This document shows positions 11,551 through 21,932 of a stretch of 51,336 nucleotides of DNA, in pieces; within the stretch, counting starts at the first letter, position 1; each line of letters opens with the position of its first letter. The stretch is from an uncultured delta proteobacterium (GTDB lineage: Bacteria; Desulfobacterota; Desulfobacteria; Desulfobacterales; UBA2156). A program made the translations under genes and the position numbers. The stretch is taken from the NCBI GenBank assembly GCA_963736855.1, contig CAVTQK010000003.1, positions 1 to 51,336 on the forward strand. Reading direction: 5' to 3'. Below the pieces are notes generated by a model. The model was not told the DNA's origin and made no database searches. It saw only the letters and a list, made by a program, of their open reading frames with translations.

Positions 11551-13437
11551 TCACTTATTCTCGTTTTGTATGGTAAATTCCAAGTTGAGCTCCTGCAACA
11601 GCTTCTTTGTCGGTACGCCGGTGTCATCCCATCCGGCCGCACGATAGTAGGCGCTTCGAACTTTCTCAAATGTCGGAGCGAGCGATTTATCCTTCCCCGG
11701 GCCATCGACCGGCGGCATCTGCAAACGCGGCGAGAAGCTGTCATCCGATGTGGTCATGCCCTCCCGACAGTTGAACATGCGGAGGAGACTCACGATTCTT
11801 TTTCCGAGTCTTAACGCTGATCCTCGGTGGTATAACTGCTCCCCGTCAAGGTGTTCAATGTCTCGACGATGGTTTTGAATGATGCGGTCTGATAGTAGCA
11901 GTAGGTCAGGCACTCCTGAAATTGTCTCAGCCATTCGGTCTTTGCATTGACTTCGCCGAGATATTCATCGGGCTCTGACGGTCGGCTTTTTCGATCCCCA
12001 GATCCGCCGAACCCCTTCCCGTCAAGTCGATCCCCTCCTGGCTCCCCGTGTCGGAAACGATCTGGTTGAATAAGGTGCCCCACCGGGTTCTCGGATCTGA
12101 TGAACATGGGGGGCGTTCCCCCGTTTCACATAGACGGCGATATTGGGAAAATCGCCCTGAAGTTTTTGGGATGCCCTGAGGACCCCCTCGGGCGAGAAGG
12201 TTTCCGTCCTTCCTCTTCGGCTGATTTGTTCAACAATTGACTGCTCGGCCGCCTTGGCATTTCCCCATTTCATGTCGAGTCCGTCGAGATCCTTCCTCGA
12301 TATTATCTCCTTTTCATATCCTTCCATGATCATGCTGACGACAAAACTCGCTTCCTTTGGCGTCCATGCCGAGATCATCGTTGAGCGTATTGAGCATCGT
12401 TACGGTTCCCGGATCATAGATTCCCCAATCGGGACCGAAACCGGCCAGGATTTCGTATTCCACTTCTTCGCCGACAAAACCTTTATACGGTCCTTTTTTC
12501 ACCTTGACGATTTGGCAGTGATTGTAGGTGCAATTCAAGCATCCCCTATTTACGCCCGCATAAACTTCTTTTCTGATATATTCGGCGCGGGAACTTCTCC
12601 TCTCCCGGGAAAATGTTTGTCGTGAGATTTTTAACCGGTACCCACCCCTTGGCGTGATAGCCCGTGAAGAAACCAAGCGATCCATACTGGCTTACGGCCT
12701 TGCCCATACCGGAACTCAAGGCTTCCTGCCGCCATTGCCGGACCTTCTCCATGAAGTCATCCTTGTCATCAGGGTGAATGGGAATCCCCTGTGCGCCGTG
12801 GACGACAATAGCCTTGAGGTTCTTCGAACCCATAATAGCACCGGCGCCCCCCAGCGGCCATATGTCCCCGATCGACTACAAGACAGGCGAAGCGGATCCG
12901 GTTCTCTCCTGCAGGCCCGATCGCGGCGATGCTTATGCGATCATCAAAACCTGGTTCTCCATGTTTTTTCCTGAGCAGGAGGTCCGTCGCGTAGGTCCCT
13001 TTACCCACAAAGAAGGTCGCATCTTCGAGCTGTTGCCTTGCCGTCCGCGATATGCAGGTACACCGGTTTATCCGAATTTCCCTGGAGGATGATGCCGTCG
13101 TAGCCGGCATGCTTCATACGCGCCCCGAAAAAACCGTTTGCTTGACTTGCGGCTGCAAAACCCGTCAGGGTATTCCGGGATACGACGGAAATCGTGCCGG
13201 ACCCCGGTACAAGCGTGCCGGCCAGGGGGCCGGCGGCCAAGATGATCTTACTGCCGGGCGAATAGGGATCGATTCCCGGTTCCACTTCACTGTAGAGAAG
13301 CCTTATCCCCCAATCCCGTACCGCCGATATAATCGGAGAGTAAATCCTTATCGACGGTTTCATCGGTCATTTTTCCGGGAACCAGATCTACCCTGAGAAT
13401 TTGCCGAATATCCTCCCCGGGGGTAATCGTCTCTCAT
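11551..13437 (-). CDS. Second, divergent AOR-family W/Mo oxidoreductase (many frameshifts)
   Basis: KILRVDL, AGPLAGT, AGYDGII, IGPAGE, MGSKNLKAIVV, CLNCTYNHC, EVEYE, DDLGMD, MKWGN, FNCREG, YYRAAGWD. Confidence 0.9.
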
Positions 13438-13470
13438 GTTCCTTCCTCCTAATGTGCTGCTACGAGTTGT

Positions 13471-14633
13471 TCAATAGGCTTTTTGAAATAACGTCAGGAA
13501 ATCGTCATAGGTGGAGTGTCTCGGGTTCCATCGGTTATAATTCGCCTCGACGCACAGCTTCGCCATCTCGGAAAGTTTATCCTCCGTCGCTTTGATATCC
13601 CGGAGCTTCTCGGGAATACCGAGATCCCTGCACAACTTCTTGATGGCGTCGATGGCCTTGTTGGCCGCCTCAAGTTCCGTCAGTCCTTGAATATTCTCTC
13701 CCATCGCCACGGCAACTCTTGCGTACTTCTTGGGATTGGCGATGAGATTGAACTCCGCCGCATAGGGCAGGCAGATCGCATTGGAAAGGCCATGGGAAAC
13801 ATGGAAAAAGGCACCGACGAATCTCGCCATGCAGTGGACGTTCCCCACTCCCGTGAGACCGAAAGTAATGCCCCGCGAGATTGGATGCGCAAGCCATCTT
13901 TAATCCCGCGTCCAAATTCGCGCGGTTGGCGACAAAAGGTCGGACATTCTGCGCATATCAACTCGATCGCGTACAGGTTGATGGCATCCGTCATCAGGCT
14001 TCGCATTCAAAGCGATGTAAGACTCAAAGGCATGGACAAAGGCGTCCATGGCCGAATGTGCCGCGACTGTCGCGGGCAAGGACTTCAATGCAAGCGGATC
14101 GAGGATGGCGACCTTCGCCGGGTTCAACGATGCGTGCCGAATCGACATCTTCAGTCCTCGCTCCGTGTCCGTGATGACGCACGGACCCCGACACCTCCGA
14201 TCCCGTACCCGCCGTCGTGGGTATCGCGATCAGCGGCAGTGGGGGAATTGAGAATTTCTCGATTCCTTCGTATTGGTGGGATTCTTCCCCCGTTCGTTGC
14301 AAGAATGCCGACGGCCTTGCCGACGTCCATCGTGCTTCCGCCCCCAATGGCCAGCACGGTTGAAGCCCCCGATTTCTTGTACAGCTCATAGGCCTTCGCT
14401 ACCGTATTTGCGCTGGGGTCCGGTTCGATTTCCGTGAAAATTTCAAAGGACACGTTATTCTTCTTCAGGATCTCGTCGAGCAGCGAATAGATCTCCGTTT
14501 TCAGCATCGCCTGATCCACGAGGAGGAATAATTCTTTTGCTTTCCAGTCTTTGATCAAAGAATCGACTTTGCGGTGTGAATCGATGCCCATGTAGATGTG
14601 GGTAGGACAGTAAAATGACTGGATATCGTTCAT
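13471..14633 (-). CDS. Iron-containing alcohol dehydrogenase, paralog of 2..1145 (frameshifted)
   Basis: FYCPTHIYMG, IEPDPS, GGGSTMD, IPTTAGTGSEV, MDAFVHAFE, GNVHCM, HGLSNAICLP. Confidence 0.93.
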
Positions 14634-14681
14634 ATTGCCTCTCCTTTCTCTCGACAAATCTTTAACTATCCAAATAGTTTG

Positions 14682-16623
14682 TCATCCCATCAACCATTCC
14701 TGAATATGCTGGGTAATGTTCAGAAGCGCACCGGGCTTCGCGGCATCACCGATAACGACCGTCGGGATACCTTCATTTCCGCCGGCGATCGCCTGAAGAT
14801 CGTCCGCTTTGTAGCCCGTGGCGATCACCACATGATCGACAGGCAACGTTTTCTGTCCAAGGACGTTTCTGATAGTTATGGATCGCCCGGTTATTTCCAC
14901 AACTTTCGTTCCGACAAAAACAGGGATGCACCTGCTTCCGAGCCGAAGGAGGAAATTCTTCTTGGTTACCCCCCCCTGATCGGCGAGTATATCGTCAAGC
15001 GCTTCGATCACCGCAATTTCCTTGCCTTGATCGTGCAGTGTCATCGCAGTCTCTACGCCGACAATGCCGCCGCCAATGATCGCGACATTCTTCCCCGTCA
15101 CAACTTCTCCCGACAACACGTCTTCCGCCATGAACACGTTGGGACCGTCGATGCCGGGGATGTCCGGAACATAGGGTTTTGCACCTACGGCAATAACGAT
15201 TTGTTCCGGTCTGATTTTTTTGACAAATTCCTTCGTTGCTTCCTGATTGAGATAGACCTGAACACCCAGTTTCTCGATCCGTCCGATCAGGTAGGCGGAA
15301 AGATCCCGGAGCTGCTCTTTCCCCTCCGGGCGGGAGGCGACGTGAAGTTTGCCGCCGAGGCGATTCGTTTTTTCCGCCAGGTGGACCTCATACCCGTGCT
15401 CCGCCGCGAAACACGCGGTTTGAAGGCCGGCGGGACCTCCGCCGACGATCAGCAACCGTTTTTTCCGGGCAGTGTTTCTTACCTTTGTCCCTGAATTCTT
15501 GACCCACCGCTGCATTCACCGCACACCGGATTTCCTGACCGTTCATCATCCGGTCGAAACAGCCAAGATTGCAGAATATGCAGGGACGAATCTCCTCGAC
15601 CCTGCCTTCCGAGGCCTTGATCGGCCACTCGGGATCCGCAAGCAACTCTCTCCCCAAATAGACGAGATCCGCCTTCCCCTTCGACAAAACTTCCTCCGCA
15701 TTCGCCGGAGTGCCGATTCTTCCGACCACACCGACCGGGATATGGATCGCTTGTTTGACGACTTCGGAAAGGCCGGTATAACAACCCATAGGATTCGGAT
15801 ATTGCGGAGCGATGAGATCCACCCTCTCGTAGTTGCTGGCTGTAATGGTGATCTCGTTCACGCCTTCCTCTTCGAGTCTCCTGGCAAGGGCTACAATGAA
15901 CTCGGTACCGTAGCCCCCGTCGTGGAATTCCGCGCCGGAGAGTCTGCAGGTAACGGGAAAATTCGGCGGGACTATTTTTCGAATTTCCCTCACCACTTCG
16001 AGAAGAAATTTCATTCTCTTCTCTTCCGAACCGCCATAGGCATCCGTTCGGACGTTCGTATGCGGCGAAAGGAATTGGTTGATCAGGTATCCGTGCGCGC
16101 CATGGACCTGAATGGCATCGTAGCCCGCTTCCGATGCCCTTTTCGCTGCAAGTCCGTAGCGAACGATCAATGTCCCGATATCGGCTTCCGAAAGCGTCGT
16201 GGGAATGACGCCGACAAACGGTTGCCCCTTGCACTGAAGCACCGTTGTAGAACAGGAAACCGGGTATTGGCCGATTACCTGCATCGGCGCCGTGAATCCG
16301 GCGTGATGCAATTGAGCGCAGATACGGACATCACTGCTTCCGCGCACCATCTCCGTAAATTTTCTGTGACCCTCGATGACATCATCGCTGGCCAAACCGA
16401 AGCGACGAAGCGCGCCTCTGCCCTCCGGCGACACGTAGCAGCTCTCCGAGATAATCATCCCCGGGCGACCCTGTACGCGCCGTCGATAGTACTCCAGAAG
16501 CTGCTCGGTCACGCCTCCTCTTTCGTCGGCAAAGTTCGACGCCATAGGTGCCATGACGATCCGGTTCTGCAACTCCATACGGTTGATCCTAATCGGCGAA
16601 AAAAGACGGGGATAGGGCATCAT
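14682..16623 (-). CDS. FMN/FAD/4Fe-4S NADH:flavin oxidoreductase (Old Yellow Enzyme superfamily, 2,4-dienoyl-CoA/enoate reductase architecture); frameshift ~15500
   Basis: NRIVMAPM, QLHHAG, HGAHGYLINQFLSP..N.RTDAYGGS, CIFCNLGC..C cluster, GGGPAG and GGGIVG Rossmann motifs. Confidence 0.93.
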
Positions 16624-16662
16624 ATTCTTTCTCACTCAGGGGGTTAAGGTACACTGATATTT

Positions 16663-16779
16663 TGTTACGGCGACGAGGTTATTGACGCTGTCCACTGCGG
16701 GAATGGCGTGTGCGATGACGAGGAGATCCATAATGACGAAGGGGAACATATTGATCGTACCGTTCACAATGATGCCGGG
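16663..16779 (-). pseudogene. Relic fragment of an SSS symporter gene homologous to 8338..8454
   Basis: Ungapped 39-codon match, 23/39 aa identical by hand count (PGIIVNGTINMFPFVI...NLVAVT vs PGIIVNDTINMFTFVI...NLVAIT). Confidence 0.8.
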
Positions 16780-16833
16780 TACGCGGCACGTCGCCCGATC
16801 TGGTTGATTGTTCATATGACGAGCGAGATCGGT

Positions 16834-16919
16834 TGTCAAGAGTGGACACCAATTTTTTTCTGCAATTCGGACACCAGGCGAAAATATCACTTGACAAAGA
16901 AATCATTTCGAATATTCGA
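16834..16919. promoter_or_regulatory. Divergent promoter region with palindromic operator candidate
   Basis: TTGACA on minus (16834-16839) and on plus (16891-16896); perfect palindrome TCGAATATTCGA at 16908-16919. Confidence 0.45.
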
Positions 16920-16999
16920 TATGGCAATAGCACACACCATTCATACATAGCAATATGGAGTATGAGAACACCTGATTCAGGAAGGAATGAGGCTTGCTC

Positions 17000-18662
17000 A
17001 TGGAAATAATAACGGAAGGCGCAATCCGTGAAACAGCTTATAAATTGCTCTCCAATACCGCGACAAAGTACCCGAAGAACTTTCTTAAAAAAATAGTAGC
17101 CGGTTTCAGAGGCGAGGACAATCTGAGCAGCAAAAGCATGATCCTCTCAATCATAGAGAACATCATTGCCGCAACAGAAGGAGCCGCCTCGCTTTGCCAA
17201 GATACCGGCATCCCTACTTTTCATGTGTACCTGAACCCTGCTGTTACGATAAAAGGCGATATAGCTGCCGCGCTGCAGGAAGTCACTATCCGGGGAACTG
17301 CTGAAATTCCCATTCGTCGTAATGTTGTAGACCCATTCACTTTTCAGAATCGAGGGGATAATACCGGTTGGGGTGCTCCTTTTGTCCACTACCATTATGA
17401 CTCTCAACCGGGGCCGATGAAAATCCGGGCGGAATTGAAAGGATTTGGAGGCGAAATCAAATCTACAGCGGACTGGGTATTTACCAGCACGGAGAATATG
17501 GCAGATGCCGTATTGGCTTACGTCCTCAGTAATGTAATTCTTTCACGTGGCGAAGGATGCATACCCGGCTTCTTAGGGATTGGGGTAGGCGGTTACATAT
17601 CCGAAGCGACGACCAATGCCAGGAATGCAGTGTTTCGCGAATTGAGTGAGGTCAACGCCGTATGCCATGCTGGTGATAATGATCAATTCTTGCGGAAACA
17701 GGAAGAGCGAATTTTCAATTGTGTGAATAGGTTGGGATTGGGTCCGATGGGAGGGGGCGGGAAAAGCACAACATTAGGGGTTTATCTTGAACGGAGAGGC
17801 ACTCATACGTCCGTTGCCCCGATCTGCGTGTCCCAGCAGTGTTGGGCCTCGCGGGGCTCTGAAGCATTACTGGGCGAGGATTATGTGAAGTACATTACGC
17901 CTCATTTTGGGACCGAAGATATCCCCATGGTAAGAGACCTACTCTCAGCAGAGTTCTCGAAGTCAGCGGGTAAGGGCAATATCTATGAATTGACGACGCC
18001 GATGACCTCAGACCAGCTCCTTAAGCTGAGGGTCGGCGATGTTGTCTATGTAACCGGCACCATTTGCACGTCTCGTGATGGGTCACACCGGCGAATGGTC
18101 GAAAAAGTCAAACATGGCCATAAAGAGGAGATTCCGGAAGAAATTTTGGGAAAACGGGATCATCTACCATTGCGCGCCGGTCATATCTGGAAAAGAGCAC
18201 GGTTGGTCGATTGTATCTGCCGGCCCCACGACCAGTTCCAGGTTTACGAACGATTCAGCATTTCTGGTTGAAAATGGGATCATAAAAGCCGTCATTGGTA
18301 AGGGCACGATGGGAGATGCGATGATTCGAGCCCTGAAAGGAAGAGGGGCTTATATGTCAGCAGTTGGTGGTTGCGCTGTCAGCTACCGGAAAATGATACG
18401 AAAGGCCGATGTAAAATGGCTGGATCTCGGCTATCCCGAAGCGGTGTGGACTTTTGATGTGGAACGCTTTGGACCTCTTGTAGTCGGTATCGATTCCACG
18501 GGTACATCGTCATCTCGACACGTCATGGGCGAAGTCTATGCAAATGCGCGTAGAATATATCAAGAAGAAGGTATGGACCCGAATAGACGATACATTCAGT
18601 ATCCCCAGACCTTTGCCGGTTTGTCTTTAGAAGAAGTGATCGAAATGGGAAAATTGGCTTAG
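17000..18662 (+). CDS. Fe-S hydro-lyase of the class I fumarase / L(+)-tartrate dehydratase family, alpha and beta domains fused (frameshift ~18150)
   Basis: [43 protein letters not shown]; beta domain [34 protein letters not shown]. Confidence 0.92.
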
Positions 18663-18745
18663 CGTCAGGCGATGATGCTGTCGAAGCGCGTTCGGGAAAT
18701 CGACTGGAGAACATTTTCGAAATCTTTTCGAAGGAGAAAACAGCC

Positions 18746-19504
18746 ATGACGCATCTTATCGTCCATCCCATCCCCTTGATGATGTTGTCCCGCTCCATAC
18801 ATGAACAGGTTTATCGGGTGGGGGCCTATGTTGGGCAAGTCGCAATCGACACCGTTTATGTATGGTATATTGAAGGTACCAAGCAAAATATTGTAGTGGA
18901 CGCCGGCATGACCGCCGACATGCTGAGGAAAGCCAACGTCCCGGGCTTAAGCCCGGGCGTTATTCATATCCAGACGCTGGAGCAGGGCCTTGCTAAATAC
19001 GGGCTTGCCCCCGCTGATATCGACCTGGTAATTCAGACCCACCTCCATATCGATCATATTCCTCTGGCACCCAAATACACGAATGCAAAGTTTCTCGTGC
19101 AACAGGCCGAACTGGAATACCATCGAAATCCGCCGCCGCCGCCCGTAGACCCGAGGCCTTGTCCCGAAATCTTCCTCGACTCTTTGAAGTGGGAGCCGGT
19201 CTGCGGGGACGACACCGTCGAAGACGGTCTGCGTGTGATGCTTACCCCCGGCCACACGCCGGGGGGACAATCGGTTGTGGTCGATACGGCCGCCGGCGTT
19301 GCCGTCATCGAAAGCCTGTGTACGACCGACGCAAACTGGAACGTTCCGGAGATTTTCGCGGATAGAATGGAAGTCCTTTGCCCCGCCCTCCATAACGATC
19401 CGCTGCAAGCGTATGAGAGTCTGATGAAGATAAAGAAGATGGCGGATATCATACTCCCGAATCACGAGCCGCGTTTTTCCTGGATCGACAAGATTCCTGC
19501 CTGA
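18746..19504 (+). CDS. Metallo-beta-lactamase fold hydrolase, N-acyl homoserine lactonase family
   Basis: VVDAG, THLHIDH, TPGHTPGGQS, PNH. Confidence 0.9.
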   Translation: MTHLIVHPIPLMMLSRSIHEQVYRVGAYVGQVAIDTVYVWYIEGTKQNIVVDAGMTADMLRKANVPGLSPGVIHIQTLEQGLAKYGLAPADIDLVIQTHLHIDHIPLAPKYTNAKFLVQQAELEYHRNPPPPPVDPRPCPEIFLDSLKWEPVCGDDTVEDGLRVMLTPGHTPGGQSVVVDTAAGVAVIESLCTTDANWNVPEIFADRMEVLCPALHNDPLQAYESLMKIKKMADIILPNHEPRFSWIDKIPA

Positions 19505-19541
19505 CCGGCTGAAAAAGTGGATGGTACTAAGAGGTCAGCCC

Positions 19542-20213
19542 TCACTTTTTGGGTTTCTTCCTGCCGATGATCGCCTTGATCTCATCCACCGGCGCGCACG
19601 TTGCGATCGCCTTCTCCATCGCCTCTTCGACTCCGAAGATGATCTGCAGCTTCTCCAGGGTTACCGAGAGGGCTTCGGCGGGAATGCAGACCACGCCGTC
19701 TTCATCCCCGATGATGATGTCTCCCGGCCTGACCGTCACCCCGGCCACCTCGACCGGCACATTGTAACCGCAAATCTGGATGTCCGAGGGCTTGTCCACC
19801 GTCGCCGATCCGGTGCAGTACAGCGGCATCCCCATGGCACGGTAGCCGGCGATGTCCCGTGCACCGCCGTAGACCACCATGCCCGCCAATCCCTGGCGTT
19901 TCGCGCACGCACCCTGGTTGTCGCCGGTAAAATGGCAATCCATCCCCTTGCCGTCGATCACAAGAACGCTCCCGGCGGGGGTATCGCGAATCGTCTGATA
20001 CATGTTCAATTTGGGGCTGTCCGGGCGCGGCGAGCCGAAGAGGACCGTGGCAACCCTGCCCAGGATTGTGCCGTCTTCGGACCCGCGGGCGGGCCGGACC
20101 CCTTTGATCCCGCCGTTGAGTCCCGCCAGGGCAAGGGCGTCGTTAATCATGCCGGTGTTCGCCTTCTTCAGCGTTTCTGCGGCTTCCCGCGGGATCGAGA
20201 CAACATCTGCCAT
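19542..20213 (-). CDS. RraA-family protein / HMG-CHA-type class II pyruvate aldolase
   Basis: INDAL, VLVIDG, GD-X20-RD, V.PGDIIIGDEDGVV. Confidence 0.9.
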   Translation of the reverse strand: MADVVSIPREAAETLKKANTGMINDALALAGLNGGIKGVRPARGSEDGTILGRVATVLFGSPRPDSPKLNMYQTIRDTPAGSVLVIDGKGMDCHFTGDNQGACAKRQGLAGMVVYGGARDIAGYRAMGMPLYCTGSATVDKPSDIQICGYNVPVEVAGVTVRPGDIIIGDEDGVVCIPAEALSVTLEKLQIIFGVEEAMEKAIATCAPVDEIKAIIGRKKPKK

Positions 20214-20325
20214 GGACCTAACTCTCCTTTCAAAGGGAAATCCCTTTTCTCGGCGGCATCAGGTGCTCCGGTTTGTCCGCCCCGGGGATCATCAGTCGCC
20301 TGTGCCTTCGCGCCGGCCTTCGCGC

Positions 20326-21333
20326 CTACTTCTCCAGCTTGATGTTGGCCTTCTTGACGACGCGCGTCCAGTTGGCCGTCTCTCGCTCAAGGAATTTTCC
20401 GAATTCCGCCGAGCCGAGATAGTCGACCTCCACCCCGTCCTTCAGGAACCGCTTTTTTACTTCATCCGAGGCCAGGATGGCCTTGATCTCATTGTCCAGC
20501 CTCGCGACGATCGGCGCCGGTGTGCCGGCCGGGGCGAGGACGCCCCACCAGTTGATCGTCTCGTACCCGGGTACACCGGCCTCCGCGATGGTCGGCACGT
20601 CGGGCAGGATCGCGCTGCGCTTCACGCCGCCGGTGCCCAGCGCCTTGAGCTTGCCGGACTTGATGTGGGGCAGCGCCGCGATGAGCGAGCAGATGAAGGC
20701 CTGGCTGTGGCCCCCGAGCAGATCGATCATCGCCGGACCGCCGCCCTTGAATTGCACGATCTTGAAATCGATGTCGGCCATGATCTTGAAGAGCTCGGCC
20801 CCCATGTGGAGGGAGCTGCCGACGCCTGAGCTGACGAAGATCAGCTGGCCGGGCTTCTGCTTCGCGAGGGCGATGAGCTCTTTCACCGAATTGGCCGGAA
20901 CGCTCGGATGGACGACGAGGACATTCGGCCCGCTTCCCACTCTCGCGATCGGGACAAAGGACTTGATCGGATCGAAGGGCAGCTTGTCGTTGAGCGGGGC
21001 GTACACGGTATGATGAGCTGCGGCGATCATCAGCGTGTACCCGTCCGGATCCGCCTTCGCGGCCGCCTCGGTGCCGATGACGCCTCCCGCCCCGCCGCGG
21101 TTGTCCACGACCACCTGTTTGCCGAGGCGTTCGGACAGCTTGGCGGCAATCAGCCGTCCGACGAGGTCGTTGCTCCCGCCCGGCGGCCAGGGGATGATGA
21201 GCCGGACAGGTCTGCTCGGATATGTATCGGCCGCAGCGTAGACCGAACCGATGGAAAATGTGAGAGTAAACAAGAGACAAAACAGCATTCCGAAGGTTCC
21301 GATCCCACGCAGCGTTGGTTCCCTGTGTTTCAT
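20326..21333 (-). CDS. tctC: Tripartite tricarboxylate transporter substrate-binding protein (Bug/TctC)
   Basis: YPSRPVRLIIPWPPGGSND, VVDNRGGAGG, DGYTL, FKGGGPA, PDVPTIAEAG. Confidence 0.95.
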   Translation of the reverse strand: MKHREPTLRGIGTFGMLFCLLFTLTFSIGSVYAAADTYPSRPVRLIIPWPPGGSNDLVGRLIAAKLSERLGKQVVVDNRGGAGGVIGTEAAAKADPDGYTLMIAAAHHTVYAPLNDKLPFDPIKSFVPIARVGSGPNVLVVHPSVPANSVKELIALAKQKPGQLIFVSSGVGSSLHMGAELFKIMADIDFKIVQFKGGGPAMIDLLGGHSQAFICSLIAALPHIKSGKLKALGTGGVKRSAILPDVPTIAEAGVPGYETINWWGVLAPAGTPAPIVARLDNEIKAILASDEVKKRFLKDGVEVDYLGSAEFGKFLERETANWTRVVKKANIKLEK

Positions 21334-21382
21334 GCGATCTCCTTGACTTGTTTGGTTGATAATAAGACGGAAATACGTTGCA

Positions 21383-21931
21383 TCAGCCGGTGATGTCGCC
21401 TCGCCGTTTTTTCACCGCCGGCAGCATCATGATTACCAGGATCAGGATCGAAACGATGATGAATGCAAGGCTGATCGGCCGCGTGATGAACACCAAAGGA
21501 TCGCCCTCCGAAACCTGGAGCGCCCGCCGCAGGTTCTCCTCCACCATCGGTCCCAGGACGAACCCGAGCAGCATCGGAACCGGGCTGCACCCGAGCAGCC
21601 TCCAGGCGATCCCGAGGATGCCGAAGAGCGCTGCAAGGTAGACGTCGAACGAGGCATTGTTCGTACTGTAGATACCGATGGCGGAAAACACCATGATGGC
21701 GGGAAAGAGCAGCCGATATGGCACCTTCAGCAGGCTTACCCACATGCCGATCAGCGGCAGATTGATGATGACGAGCATCAGATTGCCGATCCACATGCTC
21801 GCAATCAACCCCCAGAAAAGGTCGGGCTTCTGGGTCATCACCCCCGGGCCGGGTGTGATGCCCTGGATCATGAGCGCCCCGAGCATCAGCGCCATCGTCC
21901 CGCTTGCGGGGATTCCCAGCGAGAGCATCGG
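21383..21931 (-). CDS. tctA: TctA tripartite tricarboxylate transporter permease, C-terminal ~180 aa only (5' truncated at junction)
   Basis: PMLSLGIPASGTMA, GITPGP, P.LFWGLIASM, LGFVLGPMVEENLRRAL; sequence upstream is ileS. Confidence 0.9.
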   Translation of the reverse strand, partial: PMLSLGIPASGTMALMLGALMIQGITPGPGVMTQKPDLFWGLIASMWIGNLMLVIINLPLIGMWVSLLKVPYRLLFPAIMVFSAIGIYSTNNASFDVYLAALFGILGIAWRLLGCSPVPMLLGFVLGPMVEENLRRALQVSEGDPLVFITRPISLAFIIVSILILVIMMLPAVKKRRGDITG

Positions 21932-21932
21932 G

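Noticed and set aside
13516..16647. Long plus-strand ORFs (13516..14391, 14679..15494, 15472..16647) and similar antisense ORFs elsewhere
   Set aside because: Shadow frames opposite well-supported genes in GC-rich DNA, with no motifs.
18075..18271. Separate alpha and beta hydro-lyase genes
   Set aside because: The beta domain begins inside the first ORF and the break falls mid-domain near homopolymer runs, which fits a fused gene with a frameshift.
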